From the IMG/VR virus record IMGVR_UViG_3300026549_000038, positions 32,001 to 96,000 of that record: a stretch of DNA of 64,000 nucleotides; one strand, given 5' to 3'. The notes under the pieces are model-generated. The model worked only from the letters and a program-made list of their open reading frames with translations. It was not told where the DNA came from and did not search any database. Source of the stretch: a virus (Duplodnaviria > Caudoviricetes). A program made the position numbers and the translations under genes. Shown one piece after another: positions 10,589 through 21,886 of the stretch; position 1 is the first letter of the stretch, and every line of letters begins with the position of its first letter.

Positions 10589-11212
10589 TTATGACGTTTT
10601 TATGACGTACGGGTGATGAAGATATTTAAGTATACCGGCAACGTGAATGTTAACCACAGAGGCTTTTCCTTCATCACTAAGAAGCCATTCAACGTCTTCT
10701 TTATTATCCTGGAAGAAATTCTCGGTTAGAACAGCAGGACATTTAGTATTCCTTAATATATAAAAATTAGCAGTATAATATTTTTGTTTTGGTTCCGGTT
10801 GTCTTACTTTTAGATTCATTTCTTTAGCTGCATCATTAAGGGAATTAGCAAGTATCTTCGATTTCTCGCTAGCTCCGTTATATACCCAAACAGACCAACC
10901 TCTTGCACTGTGCCATTGATTATCGTTTGGTGGTGCTGCATTATTATGAATAGATATCAGAACAAAATCCGTATCTTTATTATTGTTGACTATTGTATTG
11001 ATCCTTTTGCAGCGTTCACCCAAAGAAATGTCCTCTAACTCCGGAACTATGATTCTATATTTTATACCGAGTTCATCAAGTGCATTGCAAAGCATATTGC
11101 CAACTTCTCTACAGTATACCGGTTCTACTAGAGACATGTCTGGAGAATGTTTTCCACCGGTCCGAGCAGGAACACCATGGCCGAAATCCAATAGCAGTTC
11201 AAATTTTTTCAT
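10589..11212 (-). CDS. N-acetylmuramoyl-L-alanine amidase (Amidase_3), probable endolysin
   Basis: LDFGHG, SIHNNA, FYILRNTKCPAVLTENFF motifs. Confidence 0.9.
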   Translation of the reverse strand: MKKFELLLDFGHGVPARTGGKHSPDMSLVEPVYCREVGNMLCNALDELGIKYRIIVPELEDISLGERCKRINTIVNNNKDTDFVLISIHNNAAPPNDNQWHSARGWSVWVYNGASEKSKILANSLNDAAKEMNLKVRQPEPKQKYYTANFYILRNTKCPAVLTENFFQDNKEDVEWLLSDEGKASVVNIHVAGILKYLHHPYVIKTS

Positions 11213-11259
11213 AATTTATCATATATGTTTTATATATAATAAACCAATCCAATTTAAGA

Positions 11260-11472
11260 CTATTCTACTTCCTCTTCTGCGTCTTTATTCTTCAAAAAAC
11301 CTTCGATTTTTGGTGGTTCTTTCATAGATGCTTGTTTCAGAAGTTCAGATTCGTACTGAATCCGCTGTTGTTTTAATTGATAATCTAATGTTATTTTTCC
11401 ACTCCATAAATCTAACCACTTATCTATTATAAGATATGATACAAATATTCCAAATGCAATTATCAACATCAT
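11260..11472 (-). CDS. Small single-TM protein (holin/spanin candidate)
   Basis: N-terminal TM helix, directly upstream of the amidase. Confidence 0.4.
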   Translation of the reverse strand: MMLIIAFGIFVSYLIIDKWLDLWSGKITLDYQLKQQRIQYESELLKQASMKEPPKIEGFLKNKDAEEEVE

Positions 11473-11514
11473 TTTACTATAAGATATTTTTAATACTATA
11501 GTTAACTATTGTAT

Positions 11515-12237
11515 TTATTTTTGATTGGTTTTAGATTGTTTTTGCTGTTTTCGTTTATTTTTCTTTCCGAACTCATTTTGCCAGTAATTCATGATAGCAT
11601 CTCTAGTACGTTTTTTAAAGACACCTTCAGTGAGAGCTGCCTTAGACCAGTCTTTAAATTTAATAGGAATTATCTTTGCCATGAGTTTCGGATCGTACAT
11701 TCTTACTCCAAATGTAAGTCCCTGACTTTCAAGCTGTTCCAACAGCAGCTGATAATTCATACCTGCGATCTTTTTTGACATCGGTTCTCCCCAAGACTTA
11801 TCATATATAGGTTTAAATATTTCATAAATTCTATTCATGATTTGCCAACGGATACGAGGCGGATAATAATGAATATTAAACCCAAGAACACGATCTCCTA
11901 ACTCGGTTTTGAATACATTAAAGAATATAGTGACAGGCATGGCATCATAATATTCAAGTTCCTCTTTTGTCTTTGGTTCAAAATAATTAAACATTATAAG
12001 TTGACCTGGGATGATAGATCCCTTACTTTTAACTTCGTTTGATTCTTCAAGTACTTTTCTGGATCTCCTGTCTCTCCGACCAACATTTGATTTATATTCT
12101 TTCTCAGAACGTATGGCTTTAAGAAGATTATAGTCTTTCGGGGCGCGGGTGTTATCCTTTGCAGATTCGGTTTTTGTACCGCGCGCCTCTTGAAGAAGTT
12201 CAAGTATTTTTTCTCTGTTTATGATTTGTTTGGCCAT
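11515..12237 (-). CDS. DNA end protector protein (T4 gp2-like)
   Basis: PGQLIMFNY.PKTKEELEYYD..P...LGFNIHYYPP motif; start moved to MAKQ. Confidence 0.8.
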   Translation of the reverse strand: MAKQIINREKILELLQEARGTKTESAKDNTRAPKDYNLLKAIRSEKEYKSNVGRRDRRSRKVLEESNEVKSKGSIIPGQLIMFNYFEPKTKEELEYYDAMPVTIFFNVFKTELGDRVLGFNIHYYPPRIRWQIMNRIYEIFKPIYDKSWGEPMSKKIAGMNYQLLLEQLESQGLTFGVRMYDPKLMAKIIPIKFKDWSKAALTEGVFKKRTRDAIMNYWQNEFGKKNKRKQQKQSKTNQK

Positions 12238-12282
12238 ATAATATATAATAAATATAACCTTTCTTTTATATATATTTATTTG

Positions 12283-12678
12283 ATGTTCACGAAAAAACAA
12301 CGAGGAGGCTTTAAATATACATTTGCACATTGGTGTGCTTTCCAAATGACTGCACTAAATCATGGATGTTGGAGATGGAGATTTTTGTTTCATGACTGGT
12401 ACAAACCTTGGCTGAAGTTGTTTTTACCATATACAAAGGTTCAGAAATTCCACAGGACTCACGCAAGACATCACGAAGAATGGATAATATTACACCCGAA
12501 CAGAAAACCAGACGTGTTGGCAATGGTCATAGATTGGGAATGTAGTCAATACACCAAAGAAGCATGTCAACTCAATGCGCGTGAGACTCTGAAAGAAAGA
12601 AAACACCAGGATATAGACCCAGCGGTCTTTAAAGCATATTTAGAGGCAGAGCAGATAATATTCAAATATAATTTTTAA
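12283..12678 (+). CDS. DUF5662-like HD-fold protein
   Basis: HDWYK...HR..ARHH...MVIDW motif; start moved to MFTKK. Confidence 0.6.
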   Translation: MFTKKQRGGFKYTFAHWCAFQMTALNHGCWRWRFLFHDWYKPWLKLFLPYTKVQKFHRTHARHHEEWIILHPNRKPDVLAMVIDWECSQYTKEACQLNARETLKERKHQDIDPAVFKAYLEAEQIIFKYNF

Positions 12679-15182
12679 CCCATTCTAGTTAATCTGGACA
12701 GCACGGAAGAACCACCATACTGATCCTGTTGATAAGGATTATACATTCCTCCAAAATCATTTACATTAGAAGATTCATCTCCAGGCCAACTTGAAACACC
12801 AGACATATCATATGGGTTATAATATGTAGAATCTTGTTGGATTTGACGGGTGGAGTCAAAGAGTTGTTTCATTATAGTATATTGAAGTGTTTCTTTAACA
12901 AATTCTGTTTGCACGGCAGCCATCATAAGATCGTCATGTCCCCATTCTGCAGAATACTTTCCATTTCCATGATCAGTAAAATTCGAAAGTTCATTCATGA
13001 ACTGACCAGCTTCGAAGATAAAATTCCCGCGTTCATATGACTCTTTAAAGAGAACACAATGTTGACTCTTGTTGCCTGGTGTGATTTTTACACCAGCATG
13101 TACAACTCTTCCTCCGTCAGTACCATATTTAACTAAGCAATGTGGGTCCCAACGCAGGGCTATGAGTTTGTATTTTTCCTGATTTTCGTTTAAGTGTTTC
13201 TCAAACATGTCACCATAAGTATTCTTTTCAAAAGAAAGCAGTGTGTTTTCTAAATTACAGTGTATACATATCAACTCTTGAAGACTTCTAGCACATTCTT
13301 CTCGTTCTGCCGTATTATTCATAAAGTAACCAATCGCCTCAAGTTTAGCAGAACCTGGATCTATCAGTCTAGAAATCAAATAGATAGTACGGTCTTGACC
13401 CAGTTGTTCTGCGAGATCCGACGTGATAACCAAAAACTCATTTCTGAGATTTGAAATATCATAATCTGGGTGCCATCTCCAGTATTCACTATACGAAACG
13501 CCAGGAATCGCTTTTTCAACGAACTCCACGAGCTTGGTTTTATTTGTTTGAAGTATCTTTCTGGAGATCAAAGTGTGTGCACCCAGATCAAAGTCCGTAC
13601 CAAATTGATAATTAAAAGCTTCTTCACCCCCGTAGTTCGCAACTTGTAACTGATGCCAGGCCTCATCACGTTTCTCCCAACAGTGTTTCTCTGGGTTCCA
13701 CTCCGGCACCTGCCACCAGTCAACTTTAAACGGAGCGTATTCATTTTCACCGGCTTCTGCAGCCGTGTAAAGTCTATAGAAAAGATTGTATCCGTTCTGG
13801 GTGGATGTAATCATAAATCTTGCGCGACCAGCGGTGATAACTGGGAACAAATTATTATAAAACTTGTCTATTATATTAGCTGGTACGTTAGAAAATTCAT
13901 CTGCTAAAACACAGTGGAACGTGAAAGAGATACCAGAGTTAATAGTAGTTGCTTCCGCCATGATCCTACATCCATTATCTAACACCACTTCAGCTTCATT
14001 CCACTTGTAAATTCCAGGTTTGAGGAAGTATGGAAGCTCAAGAAAAATCTTTTTTGTCTTGTCAAGAATTTCCACTGCGGTCTTGCGCTTATTACCAAGC
14101 ACCAAAGCATTCTTATCAGTATTAAATAATATATAATGAAGCATAAATATAGCAGATGTGGTTGTGTTGTGTGATACAATATCATTGGAATAATACGATT
14201 GAGATTCGTTCCACACAGTAACATCACACATGCATGTTTTTCTGTTAGTTTTGATCAGTTGTTTAATAGTATCTATTCCGTTCTTTGTGAGAATTTTATC
14301 ACCGACCTTTAAGTCTTTCACATAAACTTCTTGACCATATTCATTGAATAATATATGTTCATCAGCACAGCTCAATTTCAGATTATTGTGCGTTACTAAT
14401 TCATAATGAATAAATGGTTTAGTTTCATGCACATATGCAATTGGAGCCCATCCTTCAGGAGTATCTACGTATATTCCGTTCACTATATGAGAATTTATGA
14501 GTTTTGGTGAATCCTCAGGAACATGACTATCTATAAGTTCAATTATTCTATATAAAGTATTTATAATCTGAGTATATTCTATTCCTTTAAAATTCTCCAT
14601 CGCATACAAAATCTTATATATATTATATTTAATATACCATTTTTTAGATTTGTGAAATAAATTATATATTTCAAATAAAGGAATTTGATATATATTATCC
14701 GTTATGTGATAGTGTTTTTTCCATGATTTTTTTAACTTCGCAACAATCTCAGGTGAAACTCTTACTTTAATACATGATGTGAAGCTGAGACACTTACCTG
14801 ACTGCCTGCACGACAAAAATATACTTAATCTATTTTTCATCAAGTGATTCAAATAATCTTGTTGATAGTCTCGCAAATGTATGTGTTGTATTCCATCAGG
14901 GGTCATCAACTTACAATACTTTTCAGCGAAGTATATTATATCACTGGCACAGTGTTTCCACTCTTCTATTTCTTCGGGTGTGCGATCAAACACAAGATCA
15001 CCCTTTAAGAGTTTAGTATTATATTCATAAAAAGGATTTGCTATGAGTTTACGTCCTTCTTCCAAGCCCTGAAGAGCGAGATTAATTGACTCTGTACTCC
15101 AAACAGCACGCTTTGCAAGAACCCCATCTTTATCCTCTTTAATCGGATTAAATTTAACGATTTTTTTCTGTTTTTGATGCAT
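12675..15182 (-). CDS. terL: Terminase large subunit (T4 gp17-like) containing an intein
   Basis: LRDYQ, RQSGK|...|TTT Walker A, LADEF Walker B, ITST..GYNLFY, DLAE and GHDDL nuclease motifs. Confidence 0.92.
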   Translation of the reverse strand: MHQKQKKIVKFNPIKEDKDGVLAKRAVWSTESINLALQGLEEGRKLIANPFYEYNTKLLKGDLVFDRTPEEIEEWKHCASDIIYFAEKYCKLMTPDGIQHIHLRDYQQDYLNHLMKNRLSIFLSCRQSGKCLSFTSCIKVRVSPEIVAKLKKSWKKHYHITDNIYQIPLFEIYNLFHKSKKWYIKYNIYKILYAMENFKGIEYTQIINTLYRIIELIDSHVPEDSPKLINSHIVNGIYVDTPEGWAPIAYVHETKPFIHYELVTHNNLKLSCADEHILFNEYGQEVYVKDLKVGDKILTKNGIDTIKQLIKTNRKTCMCDVTVWNESQSYYSNDIVSHNTTTSAIFMLHYILFNTDKNALVLGNKRKTAVEILDKTKKIFLELPYFLKPGIYKWNEAEVVLDNGCRIMAEATTINSGISFTFHCVLADEFSNVPANIIDKFYNNLFPVITAGRARFMITSTQNGYNLFYRLYTAAEAGENEYAPFKVDWWQVPEWNPEKHCWEKRDEAWHQLQVANYGGEEAFNYQFGTDFDLGAHTLISRKILQTNKTKLVEFVEKAIPGVSYSEYWRWHPDYDISNLRNEFLVITSDLAEQLGQDRTIYLISRLIDPGSAKLEAIGYFMNNTAEREECARSLQELICIHCNLENTLLSFEKNTYGDMFEKHLNENQEKYKLIALRWDPHCLVKYGTDGGRVVHAGVKITPGNKSQHCVLFKESYERGNFIFEAGQFMNELSNFTDHGNGKYSAEWGHDDLMMAAVQTEFVKETLQYTIMKQLFDSTRQIQQDSTYYNPYDMSGVSSWPGDESSNVNDFGGMYNPYQQDQYGGSSVLSRLTRMG
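14166..14792 (-). mobile_element. Intein (209 aa) in the terminase Walker A motif
   Basis: Starts CLSFTS after GK, block B CADEHIL, ends IVSHN before Thr; no clear LAGLIDADG motif. Confidence 0.9.
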
Positions 15183-15268
15183 ATATAAATTATAATTGTT
15201 ATATATAACCTTATTTAATTTTTTACAGATTTATTAAAAGTACCCACCGAACATTTTTTATAAAAAAA

Positions 15269-15727
15269 CTACATCTTTCCTATAGTTTCTTCAGTGAGTA
15301 TTTTAAATTTCAATCCGCGATCTTCGCAGTACTTTTTTGCAGCTTTCCACTTGCTTAAGTTCTTCACCCATTCATTCCAAACCCGCCCATGATTGCATTT
15401 CGGTCTCTGGGTTTGATCTTTTGGCTTGATTTCTACTACGATTCCTTCTCCGTTTTTCATCTTAACCAGATAATCTGGATAATACGTGTGATGTTCTCCA
15501 GTCATTATATTATAATATGGAATCTTTATACATTCGCTACCCCAACCTTCCACACTAGGATTTTTCTCAAGCCAATTGATAAAAGTCAATTCGTATGAAC
15601 TTCTATATATAATAGGTTCTCCACGAAGACTTTCAAAGACTTTTTTACATGACTTTGGATTCACATATCCTTGTTTATACCTTCCGGTTTTAGAAGGTTT
15701 TAACTGTTTTATATTATGACTGGGCAT
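15269..15727 (-). CDS. Head-completion nuclease (T4 gp4 / TnsA-N-like)
   Basis: YRSSYE, WGSE..IPY, YYPDY, VEIKP..QT, N.SKWKAA..YC motifs. Confidence 0.85.
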   Translation of the reverse strand: MPSHNIKQLKPSKTGRYKQGYVNPKSCKKVFESLRGEPIIYRSSYELTFINWLEKNPSVEGWGSECIKIPYYNIMTGEHHTYYPDYLVKMKNGEGIVVEIKPKDQTQRPKCNHGRVWNEWVKNLSKWKAAKKYCEDRGLKFKILTEETIGKM

Positions 15728-15729
15728 AA

Positions 15730-17811
15730 TTATTTAGAATTATTGTTTCCGCTAGCAGACCGAGTATCGGCGTTTGGTTGAGCTCCAGTATTTGTCTGTT
15801 TAACCCTCTTAACCGTAGCACCACGCTCTTGTTCTGCAGAAGCAAAGTAAATACTATATACATCGGTTTCGCCGAAGTATTTCTGCAATATATCTTGTCT
15901 GTCACGAATAGTATCTAAATCTGTTGATGTTAAAAGAGTACGTTCAGAAGTATATGAAAGATCCCAGTCTGTGACAGTATTTTCAGAGTCTTCTGATTTG
16001 GTGTTGCTGCCGTTCGGTGTTTTCTTTTTCGCTTGCTTTGGATCTGCCTGGGTTTCTGTCTGAGTGTTGGTTCCAACAGGAGTCGTCTCAATTGCAGACG
16101 GGATAGTAAAATTCTGACTATTTAAATCGACAAATTTAGAGTCTTCGTATAATACTGGTTTAGTAGTTGTTTTCGTCCTCGCAGCCGCATACATATTAAA
16201 CACCTTTTCAGACATGGATGTATAAATTCTATCATTACCCTTCATGTAAAGAGCTTCTATCTCACGAATATCGCGTCCGCGACCTGGTTTTAACTCGCAT
16301 GTAACTTTGATACCAGTTGGAAACTCATCTAATCCGAGCGGTCCTGTGTGTTCGATCGTTGTGTTTTTAAGAATCATGTTTCCCATAGACATAATTGGAT
16401 GATGAGGATTTCCTATGGTCACATGCCAGAGACCAATCGGAGCTGGGGAGAGAAGTGAGTTTGCAGCTGCACGAACTGGACGGCCAAGTTTATTCAGAGC
16501 ACCACCAATGATCATACCGCCAAGTTGGTTAAGTGCTTGTTTTGCAAGATTGATGAGACCTTGGATTCCTCCACCAGCATTAGCTATCTTCGCTTGTGCC
16601 ATACCAGATAGATTTTGATAGTCTTTTTGCATAGCATCTACAAAATCTGTAAATCCACCGCTGGTCTTAAACACGTTTAAGTTATTAAAGATATTGTTTT
16701 GATGCATACCTGAACCACGATATCCACCACCCCAGAATGTACCTGTGCTATATGTAACATTTAAGATGTTAGATATGAGTTCGAGCATCGCTTGCCTCCC
16801 GTTGATTCCATCATAAGAACGAAGTTCGTATTCGAATGTGAGTTTTACGCTTTGTTCGAATTTGAGGCCCTCATCGCTCCTCATCGCTACAGTTTTAATG
16901 GCATCTATCGGACCATATATTTTATTTTGATCGTGCTGTCCCATAGGATAGTTTCCTTGTGCATCTACTCCGAACATTTTTCCAATATGTGCATTAAACG
17001 CGTTTCCTCCGTGTCCAGAAGTATATGCTTTACGATATGCCGGATCCATAGCTGCAGCTATTGAGTTCAGTATACCAGACCCGCTATCGGCGTTAACACC
17101 TGAATCCTCCCATCTTGCAGTCTTTTCTTGATAAGGCATTGATACCGAATACTTTAACACGTCGCCCATCTCGTTCCCCGGAGTCCCGAGCCAGGTCACC
17201 ATACAACCAATAGATTGCATATTCTGAGATGATATTTCTTTTGCAGTTCTTTGTTTTCCAATACCTTCAGAGGCTATATAATCATCTACTGGAACAGGAA
17301 ACCTTCTTAGAGTGATCATATATGTATTTGGCATCTTTCCGAGGTGCTTACAATACATAAAGTCCGCATATGAATATGTTTCACGGCCTAGTGCACCAGC
17401 TTCGCTTGCTTCAACAAGTTCTTTGATTGAACAACCTGAGTTGATTTTCATCTTCTTACGAATCTCAGGATTTTCCATCAACGGAGCATTAAGACCAATC
17501 CTCCAGTTAGATGCATCTTCATATACCTCTGCTATATTATTTGCATCTCCGAGCAAAACAGCACCATATCGACTAAGCAAACTTCGAACTGCCATTCCGT
17601 GTGCTGAAGTTCTGGTTTCTTTAACTTTATTTCCGTTTACCTCATACTTGACCATGTAAGTATCGTCGTTGGCTTCAAACTTATTCCACATTCTATATGT
17701 GTTCAGCTCATCCTTTACCCGATCCGAGATAAGATATTCGCGATTCCTCTTAACCTTTGATACGATACTAGAATCTGTTATGTTATGTAATTCAAATAAC
17801 TTGTTGTTCAT
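15730..17811 (-). CDS. Probable virion structural (baseplate/tail) protein
   Basis: 693 aa; C-terminal beta-rich segment (WHVTIGNP..GPLGLDEFPT.IKV); structural gene context. Confidence 0.5.
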   Translation of the reverse strand: MNNKLFELHNITDSSIVSKVKRNREYLISDRVKDELNTYRMWNKFEANDDTYMVKYEVNGNKVKETRTSAHGMAVRSLLSRYGAVLLGDANNIAEVYEDASNWRIGLNAPLMENPEIRKKMKINSGCSIKELVEASEAGALGRETYSYADFMYCKHLGKMPNTYMITLRRFPVPVDDYIASEGIGKQRTAKEISSQNMQSIGCMVTWLGTPGNEMGDVLKYSVSMPYQEKTARWEDSGVNADSGSGILNSIAAAMDPAYRKAYTSGHGGNAFNAHIGKMFGVDAQGNYPMGQHDQNKIYGPIDAIKTVAMRSDEGLKFEQSVKLTFEYELRSYDGINGRQAMLELISNILNVTYSTGTFWGGGYRGSGMHQNNIFNNLNVFKTSGGFTDFVDAMQKDYQNLSGMAQAKIANAGGGIQGLINLAKQALNQLGGMIIGGALNKLGRPVRAAANSLLSPAPIGLWHVTIGNPHHPIMSMGNMILKNTTIEHTGPLGLDEFPTGIKVTCELKPGRGRDIREIEALYMKGNDRIYTSMSEKVFNMYAAARTKTTTKPVLYEDSKFVDLNSQNFTIPSAIETTPVGTNTQTETQADPKQAKKKTPNGSNTKSEDSENTVTDWDLSYTSERTLLTSTDLDTIRDRQDILQKYFGETDVYSIYFASAEQERGATVKRVKQTNTGAQPNADTRSASGNNNSK

Positions 17812-17896
17812 ACTAAAATAATAATATTATATTTGAATTATGTTCAAAACAATAGTTAACAATAATTATTATAGATTTAATAATAAAATTAATATT

Positions 17897-20800
17897 ATGT
17901 CAGCAAATACAATACAACAGTATTTAGTAGAGCTTCAAAAGCTTACAGATACCAATCTTAGTATCTTAAAAACAATCAACGAATCGTTTTTCACCAAAAA
18001 CGACTATCTCACTGTTCAACTAGAAGACTCTCAATATATTATCCCTTCATATATATCTTTAGAAAATAAGATTAACACCCTCCAGGAAAATTTTCAAAAT
18101 CTTGTAAATTCTCCGAAGACCGGGGAGGCGTACTTTGATTTAAACGGCAATACACAGCAAATAGTTGTACAAGGATTTAACAATACCCCAGCTGCATCCA
18201 CATTTGCTAGTTTGTATAATATTAGTAATAACCAGTTTCAGGTTGAAAACAATGACATTCTCAAAGATTTTCTCACGCCGAACCCGTACCTTCAGTTTGA
18301 TCTGAGCGATATTTCTGATGATATTACTAGTGTAGTTATAAGAAAAGTTGTACCTAGAAACGAAGAGTTAAAAACCACATTTGCAAGTTACATCGAATCC
18401 GGTACCACTGCTGCTAGGGTCTTAGAAGCTGACATAAGAAAAGCAGTAGATGATTACACAAAGGGAACTGACTATGTCATGTATGATAGTATAGTTAAAC
18501 TCCCTGTTCGTAAAGGATCAGGCAGCGCACTTTATGTGATTGAAGAGGTTGTCAGCGATACGATAGACGCCAATTTGGTAGAACATGTTGTTCTCAAACT
18601 TAGAAACAATATAGATAACTCTATATATACAAATACTCTCACATATAAGAAATTTGATGAACTGATTGAAACACCGCTTCAGGTTGGAGACAAGATAGTT
18701 ACATATTCTGAAAACTGTATGATGGAGATTGAATCATTAGATTCTAAAAACAACACAATAGGTGTTAAAGTTCTTAACGAGTCTTATATGAATTTGGCTG
18801 GGAGCACAACAGATGATGTAAATAAGATTTCAGATATTTCGAAACTCAAATTCTATCAAAGCGTAGATGCTGATAGTTATAAAAAAGTTAAAGTCTCACT
18901 AGAAGAGGATCAATATGTGTTCATAGCGATCGCCCCTTTGAACGACAGGCTGAATACCCAAGCAAGTTTCGGTGAAGGACTTGTTATAAACTGCTTTGAT
19001 TTAAAATTGGCTGACACCGACATCAAATTTAAAGACTTTTACGATGCTAATGTGAGAAACGTAGGAGACATACTTTATGAGATTTCTACTATGCTTTCCG
19101 ATACATTTTCCACTCTTAACAACGAACAGATAGCAGAATACCAAGCCATCACACCATCTTTGGGGGCTTCGGACGTTGAAGTCATACAGATCAATCAACA
19201 TCTGGATAATTCAACTACAGTGCAAAACATCAGAAGCCTCTACAGTCAAAAGAAACAGACTCAGGCAGAACTCTCAGAAGTGCAGGAAAAGATTCAATCT
19301 ATTAACGATACAATCACCAACACAAACTTTGATGATACCACAAATATTCGTTCGACACTGACTGGCCAGCTCACAGAGTACAACGCCAGGAGAAACGATT
19401 TAGTGAGCACTCTCACGAACATAGTCAATCAAATTTCTATAGAAGCAAACAACAGCGTTGTCCCGATTGAAAATGCAAAATATAGAATCCGTGGGTTCGT
19501 TCCATATTCAAAATCTGGAGTAGAAAACAAGATAAAAGGTGTGGATATTCAATATCGTTATAAAAACATCGACCAGGCTCACGGCACAGCCAATTCTATA
19601 GGAGAAGATTTTATATTCTCGGATTGGAATGCTTTAGTAAATCCTTTAAGACCGCGTTTGTTATCGATAGATGCTGAGACTGGAGATCGTACATATACAC
19701 TAGAAGTAAATAACGATGCGATCAACGAACCTTCATTCAACCAAATCGATATCCCTATCACTCAAGGTGAAACAGTGGATATAAGGGTAAGATATATATA
19801 CGATTTCGGATATCCGTTTGTTAAATTTACTTCAGCTTGGAGTGATATATTAAACGTAGGATTCCCAGAAGAATACCTCAAAGATGTTCAGATACTCGAT
19901 ATCATAGAAGAAAACAACAATGATATTGAAACCAATAGATTTCAGAACATCATTGATAGTCAAGGAATTACATCTCATATCAATGATAAGGTTGTGGACC
20001 AAGACATTATATATTTCCATAAACCAGAAAGTATAGCTAGCGGATTTTACACTAGCGAGCGTAGGGTGATTCCACTTCGAGATAAGCTCTCTGAGATAGA
20101 CGCCAATATTATAAGTCTGATGGATGAGGTTCGAGGAACTGCCGCTGATGACATTAGCGTAGCTATCCAAAACGGAGATATTGTATTTAACCTTTTCACA
20201 AATCAAGACAATATGATTAGTGTGGCGGCGTATGATTCATTGACAGCTAAGTCAGGTAGGATACTTGACGGAACATATGTTAAGGACAATACTACTGGAA
20301 AAGTATCAACAATACTTAACATAATCCTTTCAAATCCAACGAATCACGTGATTAAATTATATAGTTTGGCTCCTGGAAACGATGAAATTATACTTAATAA
20401 CGCCAGGTCATATAAATTTGATTTGAGAGACTATTATGGTTCATTAAACGGTAGTGTTTTTGATGAAGGAAGTGATTATGGAGTACATACGGTTTCCCCT
20501 GATAATGAAACTCCAAATTTACAAACGATGAATCAGTTTATTGCATTTAGGACAAAAGATAGGTATTTAACTGAAAATTCAATAAGTAATACTGGTCGCC
20601 CATCATATTTCTATAAAATAGGTGGAAGCAGTATATACGAAGATGATTATGTTCTCGCCGGTGACGCATCTCATGTGGTTTTGCCTGGAAGCGATCAGGG
20701 GGCGGCAATGTATCCATATATCAACTCGCTTCATGGTCTGTCTATCGGCAATGTTCAGAATGAAAAAGAAGGAAGAATGACACAGAATAGTATGTACGTG

Positions 20801-21052
20801 CAGATTGCCCCTGGTCAAAGCATCACCATTCCTATCATGTTTGAATATAACATGAATAGTATGACTGATAATAATATTAAACCTTATATGAAAGCTATGA
20901 GTTTTGACCTGAGGACAAGTTTATACCAAGATCCAATCACATATACTTTTATTGTTACTGCAAATAAGAAACCAACCGCTCAAGATACTCTTCAGCAAGC
21001 AAACCGCGACACACAAAGAATGGTTATATATCAACCAACAGTAAACAAATAA
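17897..21052 (+). CDS. Large probable virion structural protein with central coiled coil
   Basis: About 1050 aa, N/T/D-rich, structural context; start taken at MSANT. Confidence 0.55.
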   Translation: MSANTIQQYLVELQKLTDTNLSILKTINESFFTKNDYLTVQLEDSQYIIPSYISLENKINTLQENFQNLVNSPKTGEAYFDLNGNTQQIVVQGFNNTPAASTFASLYNISNNQFQVENNDILKDFLTPNPYLQFDLSDISDDITSVVIRKVVPRNEELKTTFASYIESGTTAARVLEADIRKAVDDYTKGTDYVMYDSIVKLPVRKGSGSALYVIEEVVSDTIDANLVEHVVLKLRNNIDNSIYTNTLTYKKFDELIETPLQVGDKIVTYSENCMMEIESLDSKNNTIGVKVLNESYMNLAGSTTDDVNKISDISKLKFYQSVDADSYKKVKVSLEEDQYVFIAIAPLNDRLNTQASFGEGLVINCFDLKLADTDIKFKDFYDANVRNVGDILYEISTMLSDTFSTLNNEQIAEYQAITPSLGASDVEVIQINQHLDNSTTVQNIRSLYSQKKQTQAELSEVQEKIQSINDTITNTNFDDTTNIRSTLTGQLTEYNARRNDLVSTLTNIVNQISIEANNSVVPIENAKYRIRGFVPYSKSGVENKIKGVDIQYRYKNIDQAHGTANSIGEDFIFSDWNALVNPLRPRLLSIDAETGDRTYTLEVNNDAINEPSFNQIDIPITQGETVDIRVRYIYDFGYPFVKFTSAWSDILNVGFPEEYLKDVQILDIIEENNNDIETNRFQNIIDSQGITSHINDKVVDQDIIYFHKPESIASGFYTSERRVIPLRDKLSEIDANIISLMDEVRGTAADDISVAIQNGDIVFNLFTNQDNMISVAAYDSLTAKSGRILDGTYVKDNTTGKVSTILNIILSNPTNHVIKLYSLAPGNDEIILNNARSYKFDLRDYYGSLNGSVFDEGSDYGVHTVSPDNETPNLQTMNQFIAFRTKDRYLTENSISNTGRPSYFYKIGGSSIYEDDYVLAGDASHVVLPGSDQGAAMYPYINSLHGLSIGNVQNEKEGRMTQNSMYVQIAPGQSITIPIMFEYNMNSMTDNNIKPYMKAMSFDLRTSLYQDPITYTFIVTANKKPTAQDTLQQANRDTQRMVIYQPTVNK

Positions 21053-21062
21053 TTGAATCTGC

Positions 21063-21884
21063 ATGAAGGAGAACGTAAAAACCATAGTAGAATCAATACG
21101 AAGAGGAGAGATTGATGTTAACAATCAGTCTCTTTTCTTCAGTATTCTTATCAAAGGTCTGCTCACGAAATTAAACAATGATATTTCTATTCGCCACGGA
21201 AGTGTTCCTGCATTCATTCTTCACACCGGCGATGATACAATGTATCTAAATGTTAAAGGGCAAGACGCTAGTATAGAACCTCAGGAAATTTCAAACGAAA
21301 AATATGTTTACAATAAAATCCCGCGCTGTATAGTTCAGCCAAAATCCATTGACATTCAATCAGATCAAATAACGTCTCCGTATTCTAAAGGCAACCTGCA
21401 GTTAGACCACGGTGGAAATCTTTATACATTAGTTGGAGAAATGCGAAGATATCCTATCAAGATGGGGTTTGACCTTACGTATTATGTAGATAGCTATACA
21501 GATAGTTTGGAGTTGATGCAACAAATTATCTCCAAACTTACTTTTATACAAACGTATAAAATTTCTTATATGGGTCAAACTATCCTTTGTTCATATTCTA
21601 TTCCTACAAACCTTTCAGAGGAGCATTTGATGACATTAGATGGAAACACAACAGAAAGAAAAGATCGTAAGATAAGTATAACTATAGAGGTTGAAACCTC
21701 TTATCCGGTTTGGCAAAATCGAACCATAGTATCGGCCACCCAATGGATATCTAAATTTAACTATGGAGTAGCTGCTGCACCGTCTCAAGAAATTCAAAAA
21801 GCACAAGAGAACATGACTCCTGAATATGAAGGAGGAGACGGGTTGGTTATACACAGTAGAAAAATAAGTAATAGAGATATTTAA
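21063..21884 (+). CDS. Tail terminator/sheath stabilizer-like protein (T4 gp15-like)
   Basis: IPR motif, PIKMGFDL...LELMQQII, ITIEVET pattern; context. Confidence 0.45.
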   Translation: MKENVKTIVESIRRGEIDVNNQSLFFSILIKGLLTKLNNDISIRHGSVPAFILHTGDDTMYLNVKGQDASIEPQEISNEKYVYNKIPRCIVQPKSIDIQSDQITSPYSKGNLQLDHGGNLYTLVGEMRRYPIKMGFDLTYYVDSYTDSLELMQQIISKLTFIQTYKISYMGQTILCSYSIPTNLSEEHLMTLDGNTTERKDRKISITIEVETSYPVWQNRTIVSATQWISKFNYGVAAAPSQEIQKAQENMTPEYEGGDGLVIHSRKISNRDI

Positions 21885-21886
21885 TT

